A stretch of 64,000 bases of DNA from an uncultured Candidatus Binatia bacterium (GTDB lineage Bacteria; Desulfobacterota; Binatia; UBA9968; JAJDTQ01): the NCBI GenBank assembly GCA_965242525.1, contig OZ251459.1, positions 3,072,001-3,136,000 of the forward strand, in the 5' to 3' direction. The position numbers were made by a program, and so were the translations under genes. The notes below the pieces were generated by a model. It was not told where the DNA came from. It saw nothing but the letters and a program-made list of their open reading frames with translations, and made no database searches. Below, one piece after another: positions 46,104 to 58,409 of this stretch; position 1 is the first letter of the stretch; each line of letters begins with the position of its first letter.

Positions 46104-48944
46104 CTACGCCGCCAGCCGCTTGTTCAACTCCGCCAGCAACGGCCGGAGCGCGTCGCCGAACAGGGCGTGGGCACGGCCCAGGCTTCCCTGCTGGCCGAAC
46201 CAGCCGGTCTCGAAGTCTGCGGGTTCGATGGCGAGGCTGGAAGCGATGTGCGCGGCCATGCGGTCCAGCCACTCGCGCTGCTCGGGCGTGAACGTTTTGT
46301 CCGCGTCCCGTTCCGCAAGCCATGCGCGGTAGCGCTCCCACGACTGTTCGCGGTAGGGCGTGAGGGTGAAGCTCGGCAGCATCGCGCCGCGCACGAGGTT
46401 CACCAGGTCGGCGGTCATCTCCCCGCCGCCGCCTTCGACCCTGGCGGGTTCAGCGGCCTCGAAGGCGCGCCAGAGCTGGACCGGCGTGGCCGAGAGCGGC
46501 GGGCGGGCCAGGGCGTCCCGCAAACGGCGCAAGTCGTCGAGGGACAGCCTGAGCGGTCGCGCGCCGGCGTAGATGGCCTGGACCGCGGTCAACTCGTCCT
46601 TGTGTTCCTCGATCCAGGCGCGGAAATCCTCCACCTTCGCCCGCGCCTTCTCCACCGCGGAGGCGTCGAAGCCGGAATAGAGCGCCTCGTCGATGGTGTG
46701 GCGGTCCACGGTCTGTTCGTTCTGCCGGCGGATCTCCAGGATACGATGGCGGAAGGCCGGTTTCAGGAACGGGGTCACGGCCTCGCGGGAAAGCCGCCGC
46801 CCCGCCTCTTCGACCTGTTCTTCGGTGGGAGGGTCGCTGCCGAAGCGCTCTTTCGCGGCCTCGATCCGGACGTCGGGGTCGCAGGCGTCGAGCAGGTCCC
46901 GGGCCAGGTCGGGAAACGACCTGCCGCCGGCAAGCTCTTTCAACTCCGCAAGCCGGGCCGGCGTGAAGTCCCGTTGCAGGCGGGCGAGCCGGCCGGCGAG
47001 GGTGACCAGGGCGTCGGGGTCGAGGCCGCCCTGCGCCACGTAGTTCAGCAACTGTTCGAGGGACTTGGACGGCTGGCGGTTGAAGCTGCGGGAATCGGTC
47101 TTGTCCCGCTCGCACACGCCCACCGCGTCCACCACGATGAAGCGGTCCTTGCCCCTGGCGCTGGGGCTGACCGTGCGCAGCTTGTCGGGCGAGATGACCC
47201 GCACGCCGCGGCCCTTCATCTGCTCGAAGAAGCTCGCGGACCTGACGTTGCGCATGAAGAAGACGCATTCGATGGGCTTTACGTCGGCGCCGGTGGAGAT
47301 CATGTCCACGGTGACGGCAATGCGCGGATGGAAGCTGTTGCGGAAGTTCGCCAGGAGCTCGTCCGGCGTCAGGCCGGAGGTCTTCACCCACTCCGCGGCC
47401 TCCACGTGGGCCCCGTCCCCTCCCGGGGCCGTCTTCGTGACCCGGGTGTAGCCGGTGCGGTAGGTGATCTTCCGGCAGAACTCGTTGCCCTCGGCGAACT
47501 CCTCGCGCGCCAGCCGGACGATGTCGTCGGCGTGGGAATCGTCCTTGGCGAAGACGAGGGTCTTGGGCGCCTCGCCGCGTCCGGGGAACGCCTCCGGCAG
47601 GACCTTGTCACGGAACTGCCGCAGCACGGTGCGGATCTGGCTCTCGGAGACCACGTCCCGGTCCAGGTCGTCGGCCGTGTAGGTGAAGTCGTCATCCAGC
47701 CGCTTCAGCCGCTCGGCGCGGGTCAGCTTGTCGCGCACGTCCACGAAGACATCTTCTCCGCCGGCCTCGATGGTCGCGCCCTCATCGGTGACCCGGGTGC
47801 GGATGCGGTAAACTTCGAAATCCACGTTGACCCCGTCCACCACCGCCTGGTCGTGACCGTACTGCATGATCAGGTTCTGGTTGAAGAAGCCCACGGTCTT
47901 GCCGGTCGGCGTGGCGGTGAGGCCCACCAGGAAGGCGTCGAAATACAGCAGCACCTGGCTCCACAGGTCGTAGATGGACCGGTGGCACTCGTCCACCACG
48001 ATGAAGTCGAAGAACTCCGGCGGGAGGGCGGCGTTGTACTCCACCCGGGGCGGCTCGCCCCGCCACGGCCTGGCCGAATCGAAGGCCGATCCCTCCTCGT
48101 TGCCGGCGTCGTACTCGGCCTCGCCCTCGAGCATCGAATAGAGCCGCTGGATGGTGGTGACCACCACCTTGGCCGCGGGGTTGACGGAGTTGGAGACGAG
48201 CCGCTGGACCGTGTACAGCTCCGGGAACTTGCGGGAGTCGTCCGGCGGCTGGAAGTTGGCGAACTCGTCGTAGGTCTGGCGGCCCAGGTTGCTGCGGTCC
48301 ACCAGGAACAGGATGCGCCCGGCCCCGCCGTGCTTCAGCAGTCGATAGACGGCGTTGACCGCGGTGAAGGTCTTGCCGGAGCCGGTGGCCATCTGGATCA
48401 GGGCGCGCTGGCGGCCGCGCCCCAGGGAGGCTTCGAGGTTGCGGATGGCCCGGGCCTGTGCGGTCCACAGGCGGGCTTCGTCCAGTTCCGGCAGGTTCCT
48501 CAGCCGTGCCCGCAGCGTTTCGGGCTGCCCCAGCCAATCCGCCAGCGTCTCCGGCCTGGGGAAGCCGAACACCGGCCGGCTGCGGGGCGTGGGGTCGCGG
48601 AGGTTGGTGAAGTACGTCACCGCGCCGTTGGACTCGAACAGGTACGGCAAGGGGCGGTCGTGGACCGAGAGGTCCTCGGGCACGCCCTGGGCGTACTTCG
48701 CCGACTGCGCCTCCACCCCGGTGAGCGCGCCCTCGGCCTTGGCCTCGATGACGCCGGCGACCGAACGGTTGACGAAGAGCGCGTAGTCCGCGAAGCCGAA
48801 CCCGGACCGCAGGGAGAACTCGCGCACCGCGACCCCGCGGCCCGCGCTCAGGTCGATCTCCCCGCGGTCCTGCACGCGCCAGCCCGCGGCCTCCAGCCGG
48901 GCGTCGATCTCGCGCCGCGCGAGCCTTTCGGGCGTATCCGTCAT
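46104..48944 (-). CDS. hsdR: Type I restriction endonuclease subunit R (EcoEI-like)
   Basis: ADYAL...IEAK nuclease motif, [20 protein letters not shown] and [11 protein letters not shown] 48944 overlaps the upstream stop. Confidence 0.95.
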   Translation of the reverse strand: MTDTPERLARREIDARLEAAGWRVQDRGEIDLSAGRGVAVREFSLRSGFGFADYALFVNRSVAGVIEAKAEGALTGVEAQSAKYAQGVPEDLSVHDRPLPYLFESNGAVTYFTNLRDPTPRSRPVFGFPRPETLADWLGQPETLRARLRNLPELDEARLWTAQARAIRNLEASLGRGRQRALIQMATGSGKTFTAVNAVYRLLKHGGAGRILFLVDRSNLGRQTYDEFANFQPPDDSRKFPELYTVQRLVSNSVNPAAKVVVTTIQRLYSMLEGEAEYDAGNEEGSAFDSARPWRGEPPRVEYNAALPPEFFDFIVVDECHRSIYDLWSQVLLYFDAFLVGLTATPTGKTVGFFNQNLIMQYGHDQAVVDGVNVDFEVYRIRTRVTDEGATIEAGGEDVFVDVRDKLTRAERLKRLDDDFTYTADDLDRDVVSESQIRTVLRQFRDKVLPEAFPGRGEAPKTLVFAKDDSHADDIVRLAREEFAEGNEFCRKITYRTGYTRVTKTAPGGDGAHVEAAEWVKTSGLTPDELLANFRNSFHPRIAVTVDMISTGADVKPIECVFFMRNVRSASFFEQMKGRGVRVISPDKLRTVSPSARGKDRFIVVDAVGVCERDKTDSRSFNRQPSKSLEQLLNYVAQGGLDPDALVTLAGRLARLQRDFTPARLAELKELAGGRSFPDLARDLLDACDPDVRIEAAKERFGSDPPTEEQVEEAGRRLSREAVTPFLKPAFRHRILEIRRQNEQTVDRHTIDEALYSGFDASAVEKARAKVEDFRAWIEEHKDELTAVQAIYAGARPLRLSLDDLRRLRDALARPPLSATPVQLWRAFEAAEPARVEGGGGEMTADLVNLVRGAMLPSFTLTPYREQSWERYRAWLAERDADKTFTPEQREWLDRMAAHIASSLAIEPADFETGWFGQQGSLGRAHALFGDALRPLLAELNKRLAA

Positions 48945-51019
48945 CCCGGAGCTTCGGGGCCGGCGGCGCGGGTCCGGTCCTCCTCCAGCAGCGGCTTCAG
49001 GCCCTCCCAATCGGTCACCGGCAGGGAGCAGGTGAAGTTCCGGCACACATAGACCGTCGGCTTGCCGTCCACCTGCGATTTCCCCGCGAGCAACGGGGAG
49101 ACCTCCTCCAGGCGGGCGTCCGGGCTCACCCATTGCAGGGTCTTGTTGGGCAGGTAGCTGTCCCGGACCTGCTGCACCAGTCGGCGCGCGTCCGGGTCGT
49201 CCTTCTCCGCCACCATGACGATCTCGTGGGGCTTCGACAGGTGGAAGTCCAGCGCCCCGAGCATGGTGGCCAGGCCGAAGGGCTCCCGCGCCATGCCGTC
49301 GTAGTGGAGGCGCAGGGTCTTCTCCGCGCGCTCCAGCAGGTCCGGTTGCCCGGTGTAGTGGTGGAGCCGCAACAGGACCAGGGCCGCCACCGAGTTGCCC
49401 GAAGGGATGGAACTGTCGAATCCGGGCTTGGTGCGGCTGATGAGCTGCTCGTGGGACTTGCCCGTGTAGAAGAACCCGCCGTTCTCTTCGTCCCAGAACT
49501 CCTCCACCATGGTCCGGGCCAGAGCCGCGGACCGGTCCAGCAGGCGGGCTTCGGACGTGGCCTCGAACAGGTCCAGCATGCCTGCGATGAGGAACGAGTA
49601 GTCGTCCAGGTAGCCGAGCAGCTTGGCCTGGCCGTCCTTGAAGGTGTGGAGCAGCAGGCCGTCGTCGAACATGCGCGTGAAGATGAAATCGACGGTCCCG
49701 GTTCCCGCCTCGCGGATTCGGGCGTCCCCGGTGACGGCGTAGGCCGCGGCGACCCCCGACAGCATCAGGCCGTTCCAGGACACGATGACCTTCTCGTCGC
49801 GAAAGGGCTTGACCCGCTTCTCCCGCTCGGCGAAGAGCCGCGCCCGGGACTCGGCCAGGACCGCGGCCACCGCCTCCGGTTCCTTGCCGAAGTACTTGGC
49901 CGCCTGCTCGGTGTCCAGGATCGGATGCAGTATGTTCCTGCCCTCGAAGTTGCCGAGGTCGGTGACGTCATAGACCCGGCAGAAGACGTCCGCGCGCTCC
50001 TTGCCGAGCACTTCCAGGACTTCCTCCGGGGTCCACACGAAGAACTTTCCCTCGTCCCCTTCGCTGTCCGCGTCCTGGGCGGAGTAGAACCCCCCCTCCG
50101 GCTGGTGCATCTCGCGGAGCACGTACTCCAGGGTCTCCCGGACGATGCGCTTGAAGAACGGGTCCCCGGTGATCCGGTACGCCTCGGCATAGACCTGCGC
50201 CAACTGGCCGTTGTCGTAGAGCATCTTCTCGAAGTGGGGCACGAGCCACTTGTCGTCCACGGAATAGCGGTGGAACCCGCCCCCGAGCTGGTCGTACATG
50301 CCCCCCTGGGCCATCTTCCGAAGCGTCTCGGTGACCATCTCCAGGTGCCGCGGGTTTCCCGACAGCCGGTAGGAGCGCAGGAACAGGTTATAGACCCCGG
50401 CGTTGGGGAACTTGGGCGCCCTGCCGAAGCCGCCGTGGGTCGCGTCGTAGGCCGGCGCCAGTCCTTCGGCCCCGCGGGTGACGACGCCCAAATCCATGGC
50501 TTGGGCCGTTTCCCTGAGCACGCTCATGCGGTCCAGCGCGCCCACGATCTGGTCCACGTTCCGGGCCACGTCCTGGGGCTTGGTCCGGTAGGCTTCCACC
50601 ACCGCCTTCAGCACCCGCGGGAAGCCGGGCATGCCGTGACGGTCTTCAGGCGGGTAGTAGGTGCCGCCGAAGAAAGGCTTTCCCTCGGGGGTCAGGAACA
50701 CGGTCATGGGCCAGCCGCCCCGCTTGGTCAGCATCTGCACCGCGTTCATGTAGATCTCGTCCAGGTCCGGGCGTTCCTCCCGATCGACCTTGATGCTGAC
50801 GAAGTTCTCGTTCATCAACGCGGCGATGGCCTCGTCCTCGAAAGACTCGGTCTCCATCACGTGGCACCAGTGGCAGGCCGAGTAGCCGATGCTCAGGAGG
50901 ATCGGCTTGTCTTCCGCCCGCGCCCTGGCAAAGGCGTCCTCGCCCCACGGGTACCAGTCCACCGGGTTGTGGGCGTGTTGCAGCAGGTAGGGGCTGGTCT
51001 CCCCGGACAATCGGTTCAT
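48941..51019 (-). CDS. Thioredoxin-domain protein, YyaL/SSP411 (DUF255) family
   Basis: [44 protein letters not shown] and [11 protein letters not shown]. Confidence 0.95.
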   Translation of the reverse strand: MNRLSGETSPYLLQHAHNPVDWYPWGEDAFARARAEDKPILLSIGYSACHWCHVMETESFEDEAIAALMNENFVSIKVDREERPDLDEIYMNAVQMLTKRGGWPMTVFLTPEGKPFFGGTYYPPEDRHGMPGFPRVLKAVVEAYRTKPQDVARNVDQIVGALDRMSVLRETAQAMDLGVVTRGAEGLAPAYDATHGGFGRAPKFPNAGVYNLFLRSYRLSGNPRHLEMVTETLRKMAQGGMYDQLGGGFHRYSVDDKWLVPHFEKMLYDNGQLAQVYAEAYRITGDPFFKRIVRETLEYVLREMHQPEGGFYSAQDADSEGDEGKFFVWTPEEVLEVLGKERADVFCRVYDVTDLGNFEGRNILHPILDTEQAAKYFGKEPEAVAAVLAESRARLFAEREKRVKPFRDEKVIVSWNGLMLSGVAAAYAVTGDARIREAGTGTVDFIFTRMFDDGLLLHTFKDGQAKLLGYLDDYSFLIAGMLDLFEATSEARLLDRSAALARTMVEEFWDEENGGFFYTGKSHEQLISRTKPGFDSSIPSGNSVAALVLLRLHHYTGQPDLLERAEKTLRLHYDGMAREPFGLATMLGALDFHLSKPHEIVMVAEKDDPDARRLVQQVRDSYLPNKTLQWVSPDARLEEVSPLLAGKSQVDGKPTVYVCRNFTCSLPVTDWEGLKPLLEEDRTRAAGPEAPG

Positions 51020-51078
51020 GGCATGGCTCCGTGTTGCGGCCCCGGCCCGGTCCGCGGCGGCGGGCTCCCGACCGGGCG

Positions 51079-51489
51079 TCAGTATTTGCGGATGACCGCG
51101 ACCACCACGCCGCGGACCTCCACCTCCCCTTCCTCGCACACCACCGGGTCGAGCCGTCCGCCCGCGCTCCGGAGCGCCACTTTCCCGGCCTCGCGGTGGA
51201 AACGCTTGACCATGACCTCGCCCCGGACCGCCGCCACCACCGTGTCGCCCTCCCGCGCTTCCGCGGCGGCCTGGACCAGGACGAAGTCGCCATCGCAAAC
51301 CTGCTCCTCCGCCAGGGCGCCGCCCCTGACGCGGAACGCGGACGTGCCGGGACGCCGCGCCAAGTCCCCGGGGACGCCCGGGGCGTCGTCCGCCTCCACC
51401 GGCTCCAGGGGCGCGCCGGCAGACGCCGCGTCCCGCAGCCGCGACTCGCGCCCACGATCCTGTCCATCCACCGTGTCCGGCTCGGCCAT
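51079..51489 (-). CDS. LexA/UmuD-like S24 peptidase-domain protein lacking the HTH and the catalytic Ser
   Basis: SAGAPL (Ala-Gly site), FRVRGGAL in place of RVxGDSM, DGDFVLV, GDTVVA and VKRF. Confidence 0.75.
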   Translation of the reverse strand: MAEPDTVDGQDRGRESRLRDAASAGAPLEPVEADDAPGVPGDLARRPGTSAFRVRGGALAEEQVCDGDFVLVQAAAEAREGDTVVAAVRGEVMVKRFHREAGKVALRSAGGRLDPVVCEEGEVEVRGVVVAVIRKY

Positions 51490-51562
51490 GGGACCATACT
51501 AACAGCCTGCCGGACCGATGCCACCCTCGACCGCGTGGGCCGCGGCCCCGACCGCGGCGGCG

Positions 51563-54217
51563 TCATCGGGTCCGCGGCGCGCCCTGGCCCGCGGGCGCCC
51601 CGAACCTCCGGACGAAGACCTCGCACAGGAACAGCAGCGCCGCGGCCATCATCGTATAGGCGCGCAGCGGCTCGGTGGAGACCACGCGCCGTCCCGCGGG
51701 CCCCTGCGCCCGGCCTTCCGGGTCGAAGTTGACCTCGCCTCCGGTGGCGTCGGCCAGGGACGCCAGGAGCTCCCGGTTGAAACGCTCCCTGGGCGCTTCC
51801 GCGGCCGGGGCGCGGGCAAGCGTGTAGCCCAGGGGAGGGTAGCGGACGGCCCCGCCGGACCGTTCCTCGGTGACCTCGATACGGTACGCTCCCGGCCCCG
51901 CCGCGGGGAACTCCGCCCGGTGGCGGCCGGGGGCCAGGCGCCGCATGACGCCGGAGCCGTCCGCGCCCGGTCCCTCGAAAGCGAACCTCAAGGCGCCATC
52001 CCGGACCTCGTGCCAGACATGGAAATCCACCGCGATGCCGCGGCCCGAGGGGTTGATCCGGACCTCGTGCGCCGGCGCCGGGTCCGGCCTCGGGGCGAGC
52101 CAGTCGAGCATCCGGGACCAGAAGGCGTCCACCCCGTCCCACCGGAGCCACGCCCGGGTCCAGCCGCCGTGGAAGTCCGCCATGAACGCCGCGGCCCTTC
52201 CCTTGCCGTAGCGCCAGGAGGCCACCAGCGGACCCTCGCCGCGGCCCGGGTCGCCGCCCGCGGAAACGTCCGTCACCGCGCCGGGCTTGGTGGGCGCGCG
52301 CACCAAGCCCGTGAGCATCGGGAACGAGCGCTCGGGGAAGTCCTCGAAGATCCGCGTCTGCGCGGTCAGGACCGGCCGGTAGCTCGGCTGGTCGGGGCCC
52401 GGATCGTCGGGTTTGGGGCGGGTCGGTTTCTCCTTCAACTCGCTCAGCACGATCCGCGGCAGCGACGACGCGTCGTAGGTGTGGTGGAAGGCGCCGCCGC
52501 CGCGCCGGGCCACGCGCCGGAGCAGGGCGGTATTGGCCTTGTCCCCGATGGCCACCGCGGAGACCGTGGCCTTGAGGTCCCTTCTCATGGCCGCCACCGC
52601 TTCGAGGGTGTCCCCGTCGCTGCCGCCGGTCTCGCCGTCGCTCAGGACCACCACGTGCTTGCGGTTGGCCGTGCTGCGTCCGAGCATCTCCCCGGTCAGG
52701 AGCAGCGCCGGGTGGAGACGGGTCTTGCCCCCCGGCTTGAGCCTGTCCACCCGGGCCGCAAGCGCGGGACCGAGGGTCTCGACGCGCTCCAACGGCGACA
52801 CCTCGAACGGCGACGCGTCGAACCCCACCACCCCCAACTCGTCCTGTGCATGCAGGGCCTTCTCCACCTCCTTCGCCGCCTTCCTGGCGTGGACCAGCCG
52901 ATGGTCCAGGCGCATGCTGCCGGACTTGTCGATGACGAGCACCACGGCCCGGGTCTCCCGCGGTTTCCGCGGCCGCTCCCGGAGCTCCACAGGGAGGACT
53001 TCCGCGAGGGCGGAGCCGCGATAGCCGCCGGGCGTGAAACTGCCGCCCGCGCCCAGCATGAGGAACGCGCCTCCGTCCGCGGCATGACGCCGGACCGCTT
53101 CCGGGTAGCCTTCCGGCAGGCGCCCGCGGGGGACGTCGTTGAATATGACTGCGGCGAAGTCCTGCGGCGCCGGCAGCGGCCCGGCGGGACCCACCGACGC
53201 CAAATCGAACCCCTGCCGCTCCATCACCGATTCCAGGTAGCGCCCCTGTTCCTTCCGACCGTTCACCAGGAGCACCCGCGCCCCGGCCTCGACGCTGATC
53301 CAGGCCACCGCCCGGTTGTCGTGGTCGAAACGGTCCAGCCCCGCGGTCTCCGGCGCGAACTCCACCGCGAAAGGCGTGAGCCCGTCCCGGACCAGTGACG
53401 CCTCCAGGTCGTGGAGCCGGTAACCGGGCGCCGCGGTCGCCTCCACCTCGCGCAGGCGCCGCCCCCCTCGGGTCAGGACGAGCCGGCCCGCCACCGGCCG
53501 GTCGTTCGCGTTGTGGAGCATGACCCGGAGCCGGACCGTTTCGCCCTTCCGGCCGGCATGGGGCGCGAGGACCCTCTCCACCGAGACGTTGGCCGCCGCG
53601 GTCCCTCCCGCGGGGATCATGGGGTGCACCGTCAGCCCCGCCGCGGCCAGCCGTCCGCGCTGCCCTTCCACGCGCCCCCGGGTCTCCCAACCGTCGGTGA
53701 AGAGATGGACCGGCCCGGTCACGGACGGGTCCGCGAGCAGCGCGGCGAACAACTGCGAAAGGTCGGTCTCACCGGTCACGAGACCGTCCGTGGGCTCTTC
53801 CCCCCGCAGCCACCCGGACCAGTCCTCGACCTCTCTGGCGGCGCCGGCGAACACGAAGAACCGGTCCTTTCCCGAACCGGTGACCCGACCCCGGGCCGCT
53901 CGTTCCATCCACGCGCGCACGGACGGTTGCACGCTGTCCGAGAGGTCGAAGGCGAACACGACGCCCTCCGGCTCATCTTCCCGGTAATCCTCGGTGACTT
54001 TCTGCGGCTGGGCGAGACTGGCGGCCAGCAGCACGACCACCATGGTCCGCAGCGCCACCGCAACACGGGAGCCCCGACGCCAGCGCCGCCAGAAGAACGG
54101 CGCCACCGCGGTCAGCCACAACCATTCGGGCGCGACGAACCCGACCCCGGAAAAGAGCGGCGCCGCCTGATTCCAGAGGAAACCCTGGACTCCATCAAAT
54201 CCTCTGCCGAACTCCAT
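51563..54217 (-). CDS. vWA-domain membrane protein with a GATase-like domain (MoxR-associated)
   Basis: MIDAS-like DLSDS and DKSGS, TDG and SDG motifs; N- and C-terminal TM segments. Confidence 0.85.
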   Translation of the reverse strand: MEFGRGFDGVQGFLWNQAAPLFSGVGFVAPEWLWLTAVAPFFWRRWRRGSRVAVALRTMVVVLLAASLAQPQKVTEDYREDEPEGVVFAFDLSDSVQPSVRAWMERAARGRVTGSGKDRFFVFAGAAREVEDWSGWLRGEEPTDGLVTGETDLSQLFAALLADPSVTGPVHLFTDGWETRGRVEGQRGRLAAAGLTVHPMIPAGGTAAANVSVERVLAPHAGRKGETVRLRVMLHNANDRPVAGRLVLTRGGRRLREVEATAAPGYRLHDLEASLVRDGLTPFAVEFAPETAGLDRFDHDNRAVAWISVEAGARVLLVNGRKEQGRYLESVMERQGFDLASVGPAGPLPAPQDFAAVIFNDVPRGRLPEGYPEAVRRHAADGGAFLMLGAGGSFTPGGYRGSALAEVLPVELRERPRKPRETRAVVLVIDKSGSMRLDHRLVHARKAAKEVEKALHAQDELGVVGFDASPFEVSPLERVETLGPALAARVDRLKPGGKTRLHPALLLTGEMLGRSTANRKHVVVLSDGETGGSDGDTLEAVAAMRRDLKATVSAVAIGDKANTALLRRVARRGGGAFHHTYDASSLPRIVLSELKEKPTRPKPDDPGPDQPSYRPVLTAQTRIFEDFPERSFPMLTGLVRAPTKPGAVTDVSAGGDPGRGEGPLVASWRYGKGRAAAFMADFHGGWTRAWLRWDGVDAFWSRMLDWLAPRPDPAPAHEVRINPSGRGIAVDFHVWHEVRDGALRFAFEGPGADGSGVMRRLAPGRHRAEFPAAGPGAYRIEVTEERSGGAVRYPPLGYTLARAPAAEAPRERFNRELLASLADATGGEVNFDPEGRAQGPAGRRVVSTEPLRAYTMMAAALLFLCEVFVRRFGAPAGQGAPRTR

Positions 54218-54264
54218 TCCTATCCAAAAACTCCCGGAATCCCGCTTATGCAGAGGTCTCTATC

Positions 54265-54463
54265 GGAACCTCTGAACAATCGGGACAGGGGGCATGAGCG
54301 CGTCCTTCGACTTCGCTTCGCTACGCTCAGGACGAACGGATATAAGGGTCAGGGTGAAGGAATCCATCCCGGATGTCTCGATTGTTCAGATGTTCCCATA
54401 AGGAACTCCGAACAATTACCCCCGTTCGTCCTGAGCGTAGCGTAGCGAAGTCGAAGGACGCGC
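54265..54463. mobile_element. MITE-like element (copy E, ~54265-54396) plus an adjacent half copy with an inverted REP unit
   Basis: GGAACCTCTGAACAATCGGGACA ... TGTCTCGATTGTTCAGATGTTCC, then GGAACTCCGAACAA and an inverted REP at 54422-54463. Confidence 0.7.
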
Positions 54464-56386
54464 TTCGGACGGCCGGTCATTCACCGGGCTGCCTTCACGC
54501 GGACCTCGGCGCGGCGCGAGACCGGCCCCGCGCCCGCGAGCGCCCCTCGGCCCGGGCCATCCATCGAGCAGCCGCTCCAGCAGCAGCAACAGGAAAGCCG
54601 CCAGCGCTCCGTAGCGCCAGAGCCTCCGGTAACCTTGCCCTTCCTCGACGTCGGATGCCGCAGCCTTCGCCCCTTCGAGCGCCAGGGGCCGGGTATGCAG
54701 CAGGTCCGCTTCCTCGCGCCCCTCGAAGTTCACGCCCACCAGCCGCCTGCGGCTCCCTTGCCCGATTGCGTAGATTCCCTGGAACAGCACCGGCGCGGCG
54801 GCGGTCGAGGCGCCGGCGGGCAGGGAGCGGTTTTTGCCATCCGGAACGGCGTCCTCGAGGTTGCGCGAGGCTCCGGCGGGCGGGCTGCTGCGCTTTTCCG
54901 GCGCGTGCAGCGGCCCCGCGGCCAAGCCCAGGACGTCGCCGGTGGAGGCGTTCATCCCGGTGACTCCCTCCCGCAGCCAGCCCAGGAGGTTCAACGTCAG
55001 GATGGACATGGGCAGGTTCCGGCGCCCCATGAACGGGAGCGGGTCGAAGCCGAGCACCGCATAGCGAAACCCGCCGCGCTCGAAGGCCGCGGCCAGTGTC
55101 CCCGCGGGACTCTCGATGACCGGCGCGCCGCCCCCCGGTTCCAGGGGCCGCCCGTACTGCGGTCGCAGGAGCGCCAAGTTGACGTACCGGGTCCAGGCGT
55201 GGGGTTCCTTCCAACCGGACACGGACGGGGCCGCCACCGGCTCTCGAAGGGACGCCAGGGGGTTGCCCTCCGGCGGCAGGATGAAGAGGGCGTGGGCCGC
55301 GGGCAGGGCCGCGGGCGAAGAGAGATGGAATACCTCGACGGACCCGGGCGCGCCGGGGCCGCGTCCGTAGGCGTCCGGCTCGACCACCTCCAGGTCCAGC
55401 CCGGGGACCTGCCGCAGGGTCGCCAGCGCATCGGGGCGCGACGACACCCCCAGAACCCGAAGCCGGCCGGTCCCAGGCGGAACCGCGAACCGGCGGTCGT
55501 CCAGGGCCAGGGCGTCGCCGCCCCGGTCCATGTCGAGCCGGGCTTCGTAATACCGCGCCTCCCGCACCTCCTCGAACACCACCGCGGCCTTCCCGCCCGC
55601 GGGTGCTCGCACTTGCTTCCGGGCGAGCGGACGGGAGCCGCCCGTCAACACCACGGCGACGCTGCGCGGACGCGCGCCGTAGTTGGTCACCTCGACCCGG
55701 GCCGAGAGGACGCCGGACCCCAGGGAGCGCCGGTACAGGTCGAGGGACGTGACCCCGAGGTTGTCCGCGGGTCGGCCCACGGAAACCGCGTGGACCACGG
55801 GGTCGCTTCCCCGTATGGGCCGGTCCGTGACGAAGTACACGCGCCGGTAACCCTTGGCGGCTGCGAGTCGCCGGAGTCTCGGGACGTCGTCCCGTCCCCC
55901 GTCCCCCAGGTCATAAGGGACCATCCCTTCCAGCCGCTCCCGCGCTTGGTCCGCGGAGAGGTCCGACCCGACTGCGCGGCCCCAGGGGACCGCGGCGTAG
56001 AGGTCCACCCGGGTTCCCGCGGGCAGCCCCGCCAGGATCTTTCGGGCTTCCGCTTGGGCGAGGGCGAAGCGGCTTCGCCCCTGCTCGACGGCCTGCATGC
56101 TCGCCGAGTTGTCCAGCACCATGCCCACGGGGCCGCTCGACTGAACGGGAACCACGGGGTCGGCCGACGAAGCGGCCAGCAACGCGAGCATGCACGCCTG
56201 GAGCAGGAACAGGAGGGGCGCCCTCAGCCTGCGCCGGGAAACCCGCTCCGGAGCGTCCGCGCAGGCGCGCAGGACCGACAGGCTCGAGAACATATGGCGT
56301 CTCGGTCTGCGCCCCACGAGGTACGGGACCGCAAGCAGCGGCACGAGGCCCAAAGCGTACAGGGCCGCGGGGTTCAGGAACTCCAT
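54416..56386 (-). CDS. BatA-like N-terminal plus vWA-domain protein
   Basis: MEFLNPAAL...FSSL BatA-type N-terminus, LDNSASM MIDAS and a C-terminal LW..L TM segment. Confidence 0.85.
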   Translation of the reverse strand: MEFLNPAALYALGLVPLLAVPYLVGRRPRRHMFSSLSVLRACADAPERVSRRRLRAPLLFLLQACMLALLAASSADPVVPVQSSGPVGMVLDNSASMQAVEQGRSRFALAQAEARKILAGLPAGTRVDLYAAVPWGRAVGSDLSADQARERLEGMVPYDLGDGGRDDVPRLRRLAAAKGYRRVYFVTDRPIRGSDPVVHAVSVGRPADNLGVTSLDLYRRSLGSGVLSARVEVTNYGARPRSVAVVLTGGSRPLARKQVRAPAGGKAAVVFEEVREARYYEARLDMDRGGDALALDDRRFAVPPGTGRLRVLGVSSRPDALATLRQVPGLDLEVVEPDAYGRGPGAPGSVEVFHLSSPAALPAAHALFILPPEGNPLASLREPVAAPSVSGWKEPHAWTRYVNLALLRPQYGRPLEPGGGAPVIESPAGTLAAAFERGGFRYAVLGFDPLPFMGRRNLPMSILTLNLLGWLREGVTGMNASTGDVLGLAAGPLHAPEKRSSPPAGASRNLEDAVPDGKNRSLPAGASTAAAPVLFQGIYAIGQGSRRRLVGVNFEGREEADLLHTRPLALEGAKAAASDVEEGQGYRRLWRYGALAAFLLLLLERLLDGWPGPRGARGRGAGLAPRRGPREGSPVNDRPSEARPSTSLRYAQDERG

Positions 56387-56452
56387 GACTGCTCGAAGAC
56401 TACATCGCCCCGGAACCGGGGACGATGGTGGGCCTGGTTCAGGAACTCCATG

Positions 56453-57361
56453 CTACTCGAAGACGCCCATGGCCGTCAGGACTCCGATGATGTCGTCGGT
56501 CGTGTTCCGTTCGGCCACGTAGAGCGCCGCGTCGATGCCCCGGCCGCGGCAAGCGTCCGCCAGCTCCCTGATGCGTTGGTCCAACGCTTCCCGATACCGG
56601 CGGCGCGCGCCCTCGTTCCATTGGAGGGGCATCTCCTCCCCGGTCTCGCTGTCCTGCACCACGAGCGCGCCTTCGGCAAAGGGCGGGTCCATCTCCGCGG
56701 CGCCCAGGACCTGGAGCGCGGCCACGTCGAACCCGGCCGCCCGGAGCATCCCGAAGCCCCGTTGGCAGTCCTCCGGGTCCATCAGGAAGTCGGAGACGAC
56801 CACCGCCTTGCCGGGACGGTCGATGCTCCGAAGATGGCGTCCGATGGCCGCGGGCAGGTTCAACGGGCCCTCGGGTGCGAACCCGTTGACGAAGGCGAGC
56901 GCGTCCATGATGCTGCGGCGGCCGCGGAACAGGGGCGACGCGAGCGCACGGGCGGCGTCCTGCAGGAAGTGGAAGCGGACGCCGTCGCCGTTGGCCAGGA
57001 CCGCGTAGGCCAGGGCCAGGGCCACGTGGCGCGCCGGGGTGAACTTCTCCGCCTGCGAGGGGAACCGCATGGAGCCGCTGGCGTCCACGAAGAGGTGTAC
57101 GGAGAGGTCCGCCTCCTCGTGGAACACCTTGACGTAGAGCCGGTCGGTGCGCGCCAGCAGGCCCCAGTCGAGATACCGGAGGTCGTCCCCCGGCGCGTAC
57201 TTCCGGTAATCGGCAAACTCCAGGCCCGCGCCCCGGCGCGCCCCGGTATGCCGCCCCGGCCGATGACCCGGCATCCGCCTGCGCGCCGCCCGCAGCCTCA
57301 TGCCTTCGAGACGGGCGAGCAGTTCGGGAGTGAAAGGGGCCGGCAGCATCTCCGGTTGCAC
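56453..57361 (-). CDS. DUF58 domain protein
   Basis: EFADYRKYAPGDDLRYLDW, VDASGSM and VVSDF. Confidence 0.93.
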   Translation of the reverse strand: MQPEMLPAPFTPELLARLEGMRLRAARRRMPGHRPGRHTGARRGAGLEFADYRKYAPGDDLRYLDWGLLARTDRLYVKVFHEEADLSVHLFVDASGSMRFPSQAEKFTPARHVALALAYAVLANGDGVRFHFLQDAARALASPLFRGRRSIMDALAFVNGFAPEGPLNLPAAIGRHLRSIDRPGKAVVVSDFLMDPEDCQRGFGMLRAAGFDVAALQVLGAAEMDPPFAEGALVVQDSETGEEMPLQWNEGARRRYREALDQRIRELADACRGRGIDAALYVAERNTTDDIIGVLTAMGVFE

Positions 57362-57422
57362 AGGGTATCACGGGACAGGCCCCGCGGAAGCGGTGACCGG
57401 CTCGTATCCCTTCATTTCCAGT

Positions 57423-58406
<984 letters not shown>

Positions 58407-58409
58407 GCG

